The notes beneath the pieces were generated by a model. That model had not been told where the DNA came from. It made no database searches and saw nothing but the letters and a program-made list of their open reading frames with translations. Shown piece by piece: positions 9,931 through 19,906 of a DNA stretch of 64,000 nucleotides. The stretch is taken from positions 11,739 to 75,738 of the forward strand of contig CANQJI010000001.1 of the NCBI GenBank assembly GCA_947624205.1, read 5' to 3'. Source of the stretch: an uncultured Akkermansia sp. GTDB taxonomy: Bacteria; Verrucomicrobiota; Verrucomicrobiia; Verrucomicrobiales; Akkermansiaceae. A program made the translations under genes and the position numbers. The stretch's first letter is position 1; the number at the start of each line of letters is the position of its first letter.

Positions 9931-10470
9931 TCAGATTTTCTTCAGAGAGCGGATGCCCGTAATAGCGGCGATCCATTGCGCACCCGGGGCGTGAAGCGCA
10001 GTGTTGAAATTGCCGACACACCGGTTGTACATGAGCGCGAGTTCATCCTGGCGGAAGAGAGCGTGAGACACGTCATTGATTAACTCGCGAAGCTCGATAT
10101 CGTCCTGCATCTCTGGTATCTTCTCCATGGTTTCAACCGCGTTGAGTAGAATGAAACGCAGGTCTTTTTCCATACGGCTCAAATTTGTTGCGTCGTCTGC
10201 ATCCGGCGGTGGCATACTCCTCAGAGCCAGTATCCGTTGTGAGTCGTCTGCAAGGCATCGCAGGCGTCGAGGGCGTACGTCTCCCCGCGGGAGGAAGCCA
10301 GAGTAACGTAGAGTGAAATCGACAAGTCGTTCATTGCGAGTGCGTGTGCCTTCTCCCCAACTATACCAGGCGTCTTCCGCCGCGCGCAGAAGACGCTGCA
10401 GGCGCACCCATGTACCGACTCCCCACGCCAGCACTGCAACGAGAATCCCTAACGGAACTGCATATTCCAT
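9931..10470 (-). CDS. LemA-family protein (divergent)
   Basis: N-terminal TM helix followed by W-RLQRLLRAAEDAW, and a C-terminal MYNRCVGNFNTAL..PG..IA motif. This matches the LemA pattern YN.L..L...V..AW ... YN..V..YN..I..FP. Confidence 0.55.
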   Translation of the reverse strand: MEYAVPLGILVAVLAWGVGTWVRLQRLLRAAEDAWYSWGEGTRTRNERLVDFTLRYSGFLPRGDVRPRRLRCLADDSQRILALRSMPPPDADDATNLSRMEKDLRFILLNAVETMEKIPEMQDDIELRELINDVSHALFRQDELALMYNRCVGNFNTALHAPGAQWIAAITGIRSLKKI

Positions 10471-10586
10471 ATCCGACCATTTTTACGTACGCCTTTGTCC
10501 GGTACAAGGAAATAGAACCAACCGTTAGCCCCATGGAAGAGGAAAATCCAAATTTATCCAAAGTAAGAAAAATCTGTATTTTGGGC

Positions 10587-10614
10587 TTGCAAAACGGACA
10601 GATAGGTGTATATT
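10587..10614 (+). promoter_or_regulatory. Candidate sigma70-type promoter for rpsM-rpsK-rpsD
   Basis: TTGCAA (10587-10592), a 16-nt spacer, then TATATT (10609-10614). This would give a leader of roughly 80 nt before the rpsM ATG. Confidence 0.4.
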
Positions 10615-10692
10615 TCCCCTGCTCCGTTGGTGCCGACGCTCAGCACGGTTCACGGAGAAACCACCACAACGAACACTAAGAAAACCAGAAGT

Positions 10693-11064
10693 ATGGCACG
10701 TCTTTTCGGTATAGAGATACCCAATGAGAAGAGGGTGGAGGCTTCCCTGCGCTACATATACGGCATCGGGGCGTCCACCGCCAAGAGGGTGCTGGAGCAG
10801 GCCGGTGTTTCTCCGGACTTGCGCACCGGCACGCTGTCGGATGCACAGCTGACCAAAATTGTGCAGGCAATTACGAGCAACAATATCCTCATCGAGGGTG
10901 ACCTGAGACGCGAGAAGCAGATGGCGCTCAAGCGACTCACGAGCATCAACTGTCTGCGGGGAATACGTCATCGCAAGGGATTGCCGGTGCGTGGGCAGCG
11001 TACCCGTACCAATGCTCGTACCCGAAAGGGACGCAAAAAGACGGTGGGCGCTAAGAAGTCCTGA
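10693..11064 (+). CDS. rpsM: 30S ribosomal protein S13
   Basis: MARLFGIEIPNEKRVEASLRYIYGIG... is a canonical S13 N-terminus. The ORF-track start at 10606 is a spurious upstream extension. Confidence 0.95.
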   Translation: MARLFGIEIPNEKRVEASLRYIYGIGASTAKRVLEQAGVSPDLRTGTLSDAQLTKIVQAITSNNILIEGDLRREKQMALKRLTSINCLRGIRHRKGLPVRGQRTRTNARTRKGRKKTVGAKKS

Positions 11065-11110
11065 TCTCTGAAGCACAACGCATGAAAATCTAAAACGTAG
11101 AAAGCGAATT

Positions 11111-11662
11111 ATGGCAGACGAAATAAAAGAAGAGACGACGCCCACGGCTGAGAAAGTTGCGACTCCGCTTCCTGAAGTGGTAGCAACACCGATTGAGGAG
11201 TCCGCGGAGGAGTCGATGCAGCGCAAAACCGAGCAGAGGCGCGATATTTTCGCGGAGCTTGGTTTGGCTGAAGATGAGACAAAGGTCAAGATCCTCAAAG
11301 CGAAAGGTAGTAAAAACATTACCACCGGCATCGTGCATATTTCCTCCACTTTCAACAACACTGTTGTAAGTGTGACCGATCTGAAGGGGAACGTGATAGG
11401 CTGGTCCTCTGCCGGTAAGCTGAATTTCAAGGGAAGCCGCAAGAGCACGGCGTACGCCGGGCAGGTGGTTTGCCAGGATGCGTGTCGCCAGGCCATGGGT
11501 CATGGACTGAAGGAAGTGGAAGTTCGCGTGAAGGGACCCGGTTCCGGTCGCGAATCTGCCGTGCGTGCTGTGCAGGCTATGGGACTTGAGATTTCCTCCA
11601 TTGCAGATGTGACTCCCATTCCGCACAATGGGTGCCGTCCCCCCAAGGCTCGCCGCGCTTGA
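11111..11662 (+). CDS. rpsK: 30S ribosomal protein S11 with an acidic N-terminal extension
   Basis: The conserved core [12 protein letters not shown]...GSRKST..A....C...[18 protein letters not shown]...[18 protein letters not shown] starts at residue ~74. Start codon choice is uncertain. Confidence 0.9.
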   Translation: MADEIKEETTPTAEKVATPLPEVVATPIEESAEESMQRKTEQRRDIFAELGLAEDETKVKILKAKGSKNITTGIVHISSTFNNTVVSVTDLKGNVIGWSSAGKLNFKGSRKSTAYAGQVVCQDACRQAMGHGLKEVEVRVKGPGSGRESAVRAVQAMGLEISSIADVTPIPHNGCRPPKARRA

Positions 11663-11703
11663 TGCCTCTCATTTTACAACATTGAACATATCGTAGAAAA
11701 ATT

Positions 11704-12315
11704 ATGGCTCGTTACACTGGACCTACTGCCAAGATCAGCCGCCGTTACGGAGTGGAGCTTTTTGGTGTCAGTAAATCATTCACGCGTCGCCCCTTTCCTC
11801 CCGGACAGCATGGCGCTCGCGCCGGTCGCAAGAAGAAGTCGGACTACGGCGTGATGCTTGCTGAAAAGCAAAAGTTGCGTTATATGTACGGCGTGCTGGA
11901 GGGACAATTCCGTCGTTACTACCATGAGGCTTCTCGCCGTCGTGGCGTGACAGGCGATATCCTTCTGCAGCTTCTTGAGCAGCGTTTGGATAATGTGATC
12001 TTCCGTTCCAATTTTGCCAATACTCGTGCAGCTGCGCGCCAGATGGTCTCCCACGGTCACGTGTTGGTGAATGGCAAGAAGGTGGACATTCCTTCCTATC
12101 ATTGCAAGCCGGGTGACGTGGTGAGTGTGGCCGCTAAAACGCGTTCACAGGCTCTCGCCAACCGTTTTGTGGAGTTGAACACGGATGCTACTACCCCGGA
12201 TTGGCTGAGGGTTGATACAGCTAAGTTGACCACCGAAGTATTGCGTGTTCCCACGGCGGAAGAGATTGCTCCTATCGTGAATGTACAGCTCATCGTAGAG
12301 TTTTATTCCCGATAA
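11704..12315 (+). CDS. rpsD: 30S ribosomal protein S4
   Basis: MARYTGPTAKISRRYGVELFG..., an S4 domain with VSHGHVLVNGKKVDIPSY, 203 aa. Confidence 0.96.
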   Translation: MARYTGPTAKISRRYGVELFGVSKSFTRRPFPPGQHGARAGRKKKSDYGVMLAEKQKLRYMYGVLEGQFRRYYHEASRRRGVTGDILLQLLEQRLDNVIFRSNFANTRAAARQMVSHGHVLVNGKKVDIPSYHCKPGDVVSVAAKTRSQALANRFVELNTDATTPDWLRVDTAKLTTEVLRVPTAEEIAPIVNVQLIVEFYSR

Positions 12316-12349
12316 AGAGCAAAGGTCTTACCACACAAACTGTTTTCCA

Positions 12350-12385
12350 AGGTTCGCGGTTCTCATTACCGCGGACCTTTTTTTC
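12350..12385 (+). terminator. Rho-independent terminator after rpsD
   Basis: GGTTCGCGGT-tctcatt-ACCGCGGACC (one G-U pair) is followed by TTTTTTT. Confidence 0.85.
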
Positions 12386-12521
12386 GATGCGATAGGCTTG
12401 CTGTGTGAACGGAGTAAAGTGCCTCATAGAAGTCCCATGATTCATGTAGAGTTAGAGTCCGGATTTTTTGAAGGCGTCGATGGGTACCAACAAACTGAGG
12501 GGAAAAGGAAGGCAGAGGTTA

Positions 12522-12730
12522 GGGCAAACGCATTTGAGAGAAGTTGATCAGCAGAGGGAAATGACCTTATTGACCGATATTATCGTTGATACGCATCAAA
12601 ACTCACGACATCAAGCGTTCATCATGTTGATAGCTCTAAAGCAGTCTTCTCATTCGCCAAATTCCCGCGCCTCTGGCGCGCTATAATTCAAAGCATACAC
12701 CGAAAATCGAACATCGTACATGGGCAAACC
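12522..12730 (-). repeat. MITE-like element, copy 3 (inverted orientation; left hairpin truncated)
   Basis: Begins GGGCAAACGCATTTGAGAGAAGTTGATCA, the reverse complement of the right arm. It contains the CCCGCGCCTCTGGCGCG palindrome and TCGTACA heptads, and ends in the half hairpin GGGCAAACC. Confidence 0.8.
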
Positions 12731-12902
12731 CCGCCCCCGCACATCGCTCTAACGATTCATTTAGCCTCGCATTCGCTCTGCAAAACAAATACATGCAACA
12801 ATGCGGCATTTGCCCTTTTGCGTGATATCGTTCCAATACGTTTGGTCGGGGGTGAAGGTGGGTAGGGATTTCCTTCGATGCCTTTAGTTATCGATTTTAT
12901 GA

Positions 12903-14378
<1,476 letters not shown>

Positions 14379-14405
14379 GCTGTTCCTTTTGATCGGATCC
14401 ATAAT

Positions 14406-14440
14406 CCCCGGACTTCCCGATTGGAGTCCGGGGTTTTTTG
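14406..14440 (+). terminator. Rho-independent terminator after gdhA
   Basis: CCCCGGACT-tcccgattgg-AGTCCGGGG is followed by TTTTTT. Confidence 0.9.
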
Positions 14441-14539
14441 GGTGCGTCAGGCATGACATGCAACTGGGGTGAAAGTCCCCAAGAGCCGCTGACAGGGCGG
14501 AATCAAATAGCCAGAGGCAACTGCGTCACTGTGACGTGG

Positions 14540-14639
14540 GATGCGGGGGCAGGGCATGCGCGTTGTCCATCCGCATTTACCGCCGTCGTGCGTGTTGTAC
14601 ATCGTACATAGGCAAACGCATTTCCTAATGCGTTTGCCC
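14540..14639 (-). repeat. MITE-like element, copy 4 (partial, inverted)
   Basis: Contains the hairpin GGCAAACGCATTTCCTAATGCGTTTGCC, TCGTACA heptads and the first part of the 87-nt module (reverse complement AACACGCACGACGGCGGTAAATGCGGATGGACAACGCGCATGCC). Confidence 0.8.
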
Positions 14640-14727
14640 TGAGGTCCATATTTTTTCTTGACGCAGCGTGCAGAACGTGTCAGGATGAGGATAATCATTA
14701 GGAGGAAAAAGCGCTATAAAAACGGAT

Positions 14728-15075
14728 TTGCTTAATAAATTGCACGAGTTTCTCAAAGACACGCCGGCTTTTGAGCCACGGCGGCGTATGGGGGAAGTGA
14801 TTCGCGCCGCCGCAGCAGCAGGCAATAACATCCGACCGGATGGTGGGCTGCCGAGTTTTAAAGTGGGGGAGGTCGCTTCGGGTGTGAATGGCGGTGGTTT
14901 CAGCGGCACGCGGTCATTTGAGATTCCATATGGTGAGGATGAGAATGGTAACAAGGTCGAATTAACAGCCATTTGTTCTGTTTCCCTGTCGGTTGATGAT
15001 TGGGGTAGCGTGCAGGTGGGTGGGGTAGGAAAAGGCATGCCAATGGGAGCAATGTTAGACATATGGCACATATGA
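14728..15075 (+). CDS. Hypothetical Gly-rich small protein (<=115 aa); start codon uncertain
   Basis: The frame is open from 14695. The track start is TTG at 14728, and an internal ATG lies at 14788. Its stop overlaps the next gene's ATG (ATGA at 15072-15075). No family recognised. Confidence 0.4.
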   Translation: MLNKLHEFLKDTPAFEPRRRMGEVIRAAAAAGNNIRPDGGLPSFKVGEVASGVNGGGFSGTRSFEIPYGEDENGNKVELTAICSVSLSVDDWGSVQVGGVGKGMPMGAMLDIWHI

Positions 15076-16007
15076 AAAGACACATTTCATCGACGTTGTT
15101 TGTGCTGCTGCTCTACTGTCTCCTGACTTGGCCGGGGGCTCGGTTCATCAGTGCACCGCATAGCAATCTTTCACCGTTATATGACGTGTGGGTATTCCTT
15201 AGTGGACGATGGGGAAGTACGCTATGCTTCTACGTGGTCGGACTATACATTGCAACGAATTTACGCATGTCTCCTCGATGGCAGAGATGGTGTTATTGGA
15301 TTCCTTTATTATCATGCCTGCTTGCCCCCTTTGTTTATGTATTCCTGACTCCGGAAACAGGGGAAGCGGCAGCATTGACATTTTGGGAGAAGTATTTAAG
15401 CAGACCGAGCATTTGGCTTGCGCCTGCGGCGGCATTAAGTCTGTATATTTTTTACGGACGGAGCAAAAAACGATGTGAAAGACGACTTGGTTCTGCTTGC
15501 TCATCATCGAAACAAGCAGAAGGCTTGCCGTCAAATGAGTTTGGAATTTGTCGGAACGGCGGAGTCATGACGAGAAGGTTAATTTCCTCTCTTTTTGTTT
15601 TTTGCATTTACAGCTTGTCAACGTATCCTTTTTATAAGGGCTTATCTTCGATGTCGTCTGAACCGTACCCAAGCATTCTGATTTGGGAATTTTGGATAAT
15701 TAATGTCCAAGTGGTTTTTATGTATTATGTAGTGCCGCTGTACGTGGCAGAATGTTGGTCGAGGCGGCTCGGAGGCAAAAAATGGGTTTATATTATGCCT
15801 CTTATTGTGGTCATTGCACGACATTTTTTTAAAGCATTTATCGTGTCAAAGATAATCCCTTCGGGTATGTGTGATAGCTGGACTTTCTTATATTGTGTTG
15901 TCCACTGGCCGGAAGGAGTGCTCGTGCCGGCTGTAGCACTTAGCCTATATTTCTTTTACTGGAAGAATCGGGCGTCCCAAAATGAGAAGAATGTACAAGA
16001 GTTATGA
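15072..16007 (+). CDS. Polytopic membrane protein made of two homologous halves
   Basis: Halves of about 150 aa align: KRHISSTLFVLLLYCLLTWP vs TRRLISSLFVFCIYSLSTYP, and PAAALSLYIFYGRSKK vs PAVALSLYFFYWKNRA. Each half has multiple TM helices. Confidence 0.6.
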   Translation: MKRHISSTLFVLLLYCLLTWPGARFISAPHSNLSPLYDVWVFLSGRWGSTLCFYVVGLYIATNLRMSPRWQRWCYWIPLLSCLLAPFVYVFLTPETGEAAALTFWEKYLSRPSIWLAPAAALSLYIFYGRSKKRCERRLGSACSSSKQAEGLPSNEFGICRNGGVMTRRLISSLFVFCIYSLSTYPFYKGLSSMSSEPYPSILIWEFWIINVQVVFMYYVVPLYVAECWSRRLGGKKWVYIMPLIVVIARHFFKAFIVSKIIPSGMCDSWTFLYCVVHWPEGVLVPAVALSLYFFYWKNRASQNEKNVQEL

Positions 16008-16058
16008 AAAAGATACCAATTACCTCACTTTTCTCATTGTATTCTTAGCTCCTATAAT

Positions 16059-16505
16059 ATGCAACCGTGTTTGGTCATCAATGCGTTTGGGTATTCTACT
16101 TTCTCCAAGTACGACCTGAGAAACCGCAAGGTAGCCGAATATGGTACGGGCACGCAACCCGCGACCTTCGGCTACGATGATGCGGATCATCTCACCCGCC
16201 TCACCACATACCGAGCCACAGGCAAGGTGATTTCCACCGATCCGAGCGGACTGAAGGGCGACACGACCACGTGGGAGTGCGATTTAGCTACGGGGTTGAA
16301 GCTTCGCAAGACCTACGCCGATGGCAAGGGGACGATGAAGACCTATGACGCGTACAACAATCTCGCCACCGTGACGGATGCACGTGGGGTGGTAGCCACT
16401 TACACGTGCAATCTGAATCGCGGCTTGCTCACGGGCATCAACTTTAGTGACGATAAAACACCTATTCTGTTACAAACTTTGAATTGGGGCTTTGGTACTC
16501 TATAA
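16059..16505 (+). pseudogene. Rhs/YD-repeat core fragment (148 aa), no N-terminal or C-terminal domains
   Basis: YD-type repeats FGYDDADHLTRL, TYADGKGTMKTYDAYNNL and VTDARGVVATY. It ends abruptly where the 317-bp tandem repeat begins. Confidence 0.7.
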
Positions 16506-17003
16506 TCTGCTTTTTAACTAAAAAGATGTCGACGTTACTGAGAAATATAGCGATGACCTTAGCCATAGTATGGATGGCGGTGGTCGCAGTCTTACCCTTT
16601 TTTAACATAGATTTCCATACCTCCTTTGGAGTTTTTGCACTGTTCATGGCAGGGATGCTTTTCTTTGTTGTGATTAACTGGTCGGAGGTCTTGCCTCAAG
16701 TTGTCGATGACACTATTACGTTGTATGGGTTAAGCGTATTTTGGCTTATCGAAGTACAGAATCCACCAGATAAGACACCTATTTATTTGCAAGCTTTGAA
16801 TTGGGGGCTTTGGTACTGTATAATCTGCTTCTTAACTAAAAAGGTATCGACGTTACTGAGAAATATAGCAATAACCTTAGCCACAGTATGGATGGCTGCG
16901 GTCGCAGTCTTACCCTTTTTTAACATAGATTTTCATATCTTTGGAATATACTTTCAATTTTGCACACTGTTCATAGCAGGGATACTTTTCCTTGTGAATT
17001 GCA
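16452..17003 (+). repeat. Tandem duplication with a 317-bp period (about 1.7 copies)
   Basis: GATAAAACACCTATTCTGTTACAAACTTTGAATTGGGG... at 16452 recurs as GATAAGACACCTATTTATTTGCAAGCTTTGAATTGGGG... at 16769. Similarity continues through TTTTTTAACATAGATTT and ...CTGTTCAT.GCAGGGAT. Confidence 0.85.
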
Positions 17004-17023
17004 GGGAAAGGTGCACCAAATGA
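16526..17023 (+). CDS. Small membrane protein ORF spanning both copies of the 317-bp repeat (possible orphan immunity gene)
   Basis: The ATG at 16526 gives MSTLLRNIAMTLAIVWMAVVAVLPFF.... The second copy has GTA in place of ATG. The stop TGA overlaps the ATG at 17020. Confidence 0.35.
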   Translation: MSTLLRNIAMTLAIVWMAVVAVLPFFNIDFHTSFGVFALFMAGMLFFVVINWSEVLPQVVDDTITLYGLSVFWLIEVQNPPDKTPIYLQALNWGLWYCIICFLTKKVSTLLRNIAITLATVWMAAVAVLPFFNIDFHIFGIYFQFCTLFIAGILFLVNCRERCTK

Positions 17024-18468
17024 GAGATAGCGTGATGATCTACCTAAACCACAAAGCCAAGCGCGAGCTGCTCGCTGAGATGCTCTACAAGCGGCTCAAT
17101 GGTGCGGGGAATAAGGTGGAGGTGACGCGCCGCGGGTATGCGTACGATGCGCTGGGACGTCCGACTTCCCGCACGCAGGCGTACCCGCAGCAGAGCGTCA
17201 GCAGAGATGATTCCTTCGACTATAACAGACGCTCGGAACTCACCGGCGCGAAGCTCGGGGAGGCTCCTTATGCGTACTCCTACGACAACATCGGCAACCG
17301 CATCACGGCGCAGGAGGATGCGGAGCACATCACCTACGCGGCGAACAATCTGAACCAGTACACGCAGATTGACACGGACGGCACGGTGTTCGTTCCGGAG
17401 TACGATGAGGACGGCAACCAGACGCGCGTGCGGACGGGCACGGGCATCTGGAAGGTGCAGTACAATGGACAGAACCGCGCCATTCGTTACGAGTCTGAGG
17501 CGGATTCCACGCACATCATCACGTGCGTGTACGACTCGCAGGGACGCCGGGTGGAGAAGAAGGAGGAGAAAGAAGGCGCAGCCATCAGTCACGTGCGCTA
17601 TGTGTACCGGGGCTATCTGCAAGTAGCGGCCTACGATTTGCTCGCGGAGGGACTGCCCTCATTGTGGCAGATTATCTGGGATCCGACGCAGGAAATAGCC
17701 ACACGCCCGCTGGCCATACGAGCGGACGGGGCATATTCCACGTACGGTTGGGACTTGACGAAGAACATCTGCGAGACTTATGCCGGGGCCACGGGCTCCC
17801 TCATGCACCGCTACGCCTACTCCCCATACGGCTTAGTTTCTCTTGAAGGTGACACCTCTTACCAACCTCTCCAATGGAGCAGCGAGGTGTATGACGCTGA
17901 GCTTGGACTCGTTTACTACAACTACCGCTACTATAATCCCACCGATGGCAGACGGATAAATCGAGATATATTGTTCAGCATAAATCAAATTGCTCTATAT
18001 AATTATTTGTCTAATAATCCGATTTTAATGAAAGATATCTTGGGACTTAGTGCGGATGGTGTTTTAGAAGCCTTGGCAATATTAGAGAAAGAAATAAAAA
18101 AATTATCAGGCAGAGTGCTAGGCAATATACTAGAAGCCATCAATATAGGGCAGTCTGTTTACCAAGGCTTTGAAGCGTTGATGGATGTGCCCGAGTGCGT
18201 TAAGGATGAACGGAGCCTGGGTATTTGGATGGAAAAACGCAGACAATTAGCTAGAAGCTCCTTATCAAATTTTGTTAGTGCCGTACTAGTACTTGCAGCA
18301 ACATATCTCAGTGGAGGATGGGCGGCTCTTGCAGCTTCATTTGTGCTTGGCGAGATACGCGAATTTCTGGAATCTCTCGTAAGTGATGAATTCATAGATC
18401 GTATTATAAATGCTGTAAATGATGATGTACCGCCCGTGAAATGCGATTGCACATACGAAGTCAGCTAA
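17020..18468 (+). CDS. Orphan Rhs C-terminal cassette 1: partial YD-repeat core plus a variable C-terminal toxin domain
   Basis: YD repeats YAYDALGRPT, YSYDNIGNRIT and VYDSQGRRVEK. The core end is YYNYRYYNPTDGRRINRD...NNPILMKDILGL, followed by a unique ~150-aa tail with a hydrophobic segment FVSAVLVLAATYLSGGWAALAASFVLG. There is no N-terminal trafficking domain, and the start is uncertain. Confidence 0.75.
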   Translation: MRDSVMIYLNHKAKRELLAEMLYKRLNGAGNKVEVTRRGYAYDALGRPTSRTQAYPQQSVSRDDSFDYNRRSELTGAKLGEAPYAYSYDNIGNRITAQEDAEHITYAANNLNQYTQIDTDGTVFVPEYDEDGNQTRVRTGTGIWKVQYNGQNRAIRYESEADSTHIITCVYDSQGRRVEKKEEKEGAAISHVRYVYRGYLQVAAYDLLAEGLPSLWQIIWDPTQEIATRPLAIRADGAYSTYGWDLTKNICETYAGATGSLMHRYAYSPYGLVSLEGDTSYQPLQWSSEVYDAELGLVYYNYRYYNPTDGRRINRDILFSINQIALYNYLSNNPILMKDILGLSADGVLEALAILEKEIKKLSGRVLGNILEAINIGQSVYQGFEALMDVPECVKDERSLGIWMEKRRQLARSSLSNFVSAVLVLAATYLSGGWAALAASFVLGEIREFLESLVSDEFIDRIINAVNDDVPPVKCDCTYEVS

Positions 18469-18485
18469 AACAATATAAATCAGGC

Positions 18486-18881
18486 ATGTATATGTGGAAT
18501 TACATATATAGAAACAAGATTGATGAGCTAGGATTACCCGATTCCCGTGCATCCAAAAGACTTGTAGCATTTTTTTGTATAGGAGGCTTGATAGGTTGCT
18601 TATTAGGGACCAGTCCATGGATTGTAATATATTTATATGCCCGCTACCACTGGTATAAATTAGGATATAACATTCCTGGAATTTGCTGCGTTGCTAATTC
18701 TATTTATCATATTTGGTTTATGTATTGGATATTTAAGTATTATCGAGGTAAGGATAACCATATAGCTTACGGGGATATTCTTACGATGTTTATAAGCCTA
18801 GCGTATCAAATCGCCTTTTATTTTATATTGGCGAGACCTATAATGAGTAAGTTAATGAGTAAGTTAGAGATGCTCACTTGA
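18486..18881 (+). CDS. Small 3-TM membrane protein; candidate immunity protein for cassette 1
   Basis: The ATG lies 18 nt after the toxin stop. The region is AT-rich and the product has hydrophobic helices (LVAFFCIGGLIGCLLG, ICCVANSIYHIWFMYWIF, MFISLAYQIAFYFILA). Confidence 0.5.
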   Translation: MYMWNYIYRNKIDELGLPDSRASKRLVAFFCIGGLIGCLLGTSPWIVIYLYARYHWYKLGYNIPGICCVANSIYHIWFMYWIFKYYRGKDNHIAYGDILTMFISLAYQIAFYFILARPIMSKLMSKLEMLT

Positions 18882-19027
18882 TTACAGACCGAAGCAAACT
18901 ATTATTTTCAATTAATCCATCCAGCTCAGATTTTTCTATCATAGATTGGTCGTGGCAAGTAAGCTATACTTGGTCAAGCACGTAAACGTGTGGAAAAATA
19001 TGCGCAATGCATGGCTAGAGCGAAGAA

Positions 19028-19840
19028 ATGAAACAGAAAATACCCAGGCATTTGAGAAAGGAACTGAAGATGTTCAATCGAACTCTGCAGGATCGCACCC
19101 AGTGGGAGAAGAGGGACTGGCCTCTTCGCGCGCGGGAGAGTACGGATGAGATCCTCAAAGAGCTCAAAATGGAGATTGTGGAGGCATTCGCCGGGGTGAC
19201 GTGTCACACGGAATACACGGTTTTCAATGTAACATTTGCAAGAGAATGGGGAGGGATTATGTATTCCGATGAATTTTATGATTACCTATCTGCCAATGAG
19301 GAACGGGATAATTGGCACAGCTTTGATCCTTATGTTTTGATGGCAGGAGATGATGCTTTGTACACGTTGTTTGGCGATGCCTTTCGTTTTATTGCTCCGG
19401 CCTTCATGCTATGCTCTCTGGAAAGGATCATCCATGAAGGTGTGATGCTTGAAAACATATTGAGACCATTTGTTATCAGCCTTTCTCACGATAATGCTTA
19501 TGAGAATAAGAAGAATTATGATTACTATGGGAAAAAATACAGTTCGTTCACACCGCGACAAAAGGAAGTGACGACGCGCTGGGTAGCGTACTGGCGTGAG
19601 GAGTTAAAATTACTGGAAGATGACCTGCCTGACTATGTAATGTGCCCGTGGGAATGGGAGGAGTATAAGCTTGCGGGAAATGAAATCCCAAGTAGTCAAG
19701 CATTTGATTCGTTTGGGATTTTGGAAAAGTTTCTGCCCTATGAAAATTATATGATAAGTAAGAATACGTCTTTATTCAACGCTTTACTTGAAGAAGCGAA
19801 GCAACGCCGGACGAACAGCGGTCTCCCGAAAAATGACTAA
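19028..19840 (+). CDS. Hypothetical cytoplasmic protein (270 aa); distant paralog of 29163-30119
   Basis: Clean ORF with no signal peptide. The block LFGDAFRFIAPAFMLCSL...FTPRQKEVTTRW resembles SFLAPAGLLYAIPAYLLM...LTREQVMALESY in the other ORF. Confidence 0.55.
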   Translation: MKQKIPRHLRKELKMFNRTLQDRTQWEKRDWPLRARESTDEILKELKMEIVEAFAGVTCHTEYTVFNVTFAREWGGIMYSDEFYDYLSANEERDNWHSFDPYVLMAGDDALYTLFGDAFRFIAPAFMLCSLERIIHEGVMLENILRPFVISLSHDNAYENKKNYDYYGKKYSSFTPRQKEVTTRWVAYWREELKLLEDDLPDYVMCPWEWEEYKLAGNEIPSSQAFDSFGILEKFLPYENYMISKNTSLFNALLEEAKQRRTNSGLPKND

Positions 19841-19906
19841 TGCCTATTGAACCTGTGCTTTCAGTAACAAATGTAAATCGCGAGACCAAAAGCGACAAAT
19901 GGAAAT

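Noticed and set aside
12468-12686. Small ORFs inside repeat copies (12468-12686, 7072-7305, 7320-7604, 26499-26704, 49458-49718, 52073-52408)
   Set aside because: They sit inside the repeat copies, in differing frames and on differing strands between copies, with no consistent start or RBS. Their conservation is explained at the nucleotide and structure level.
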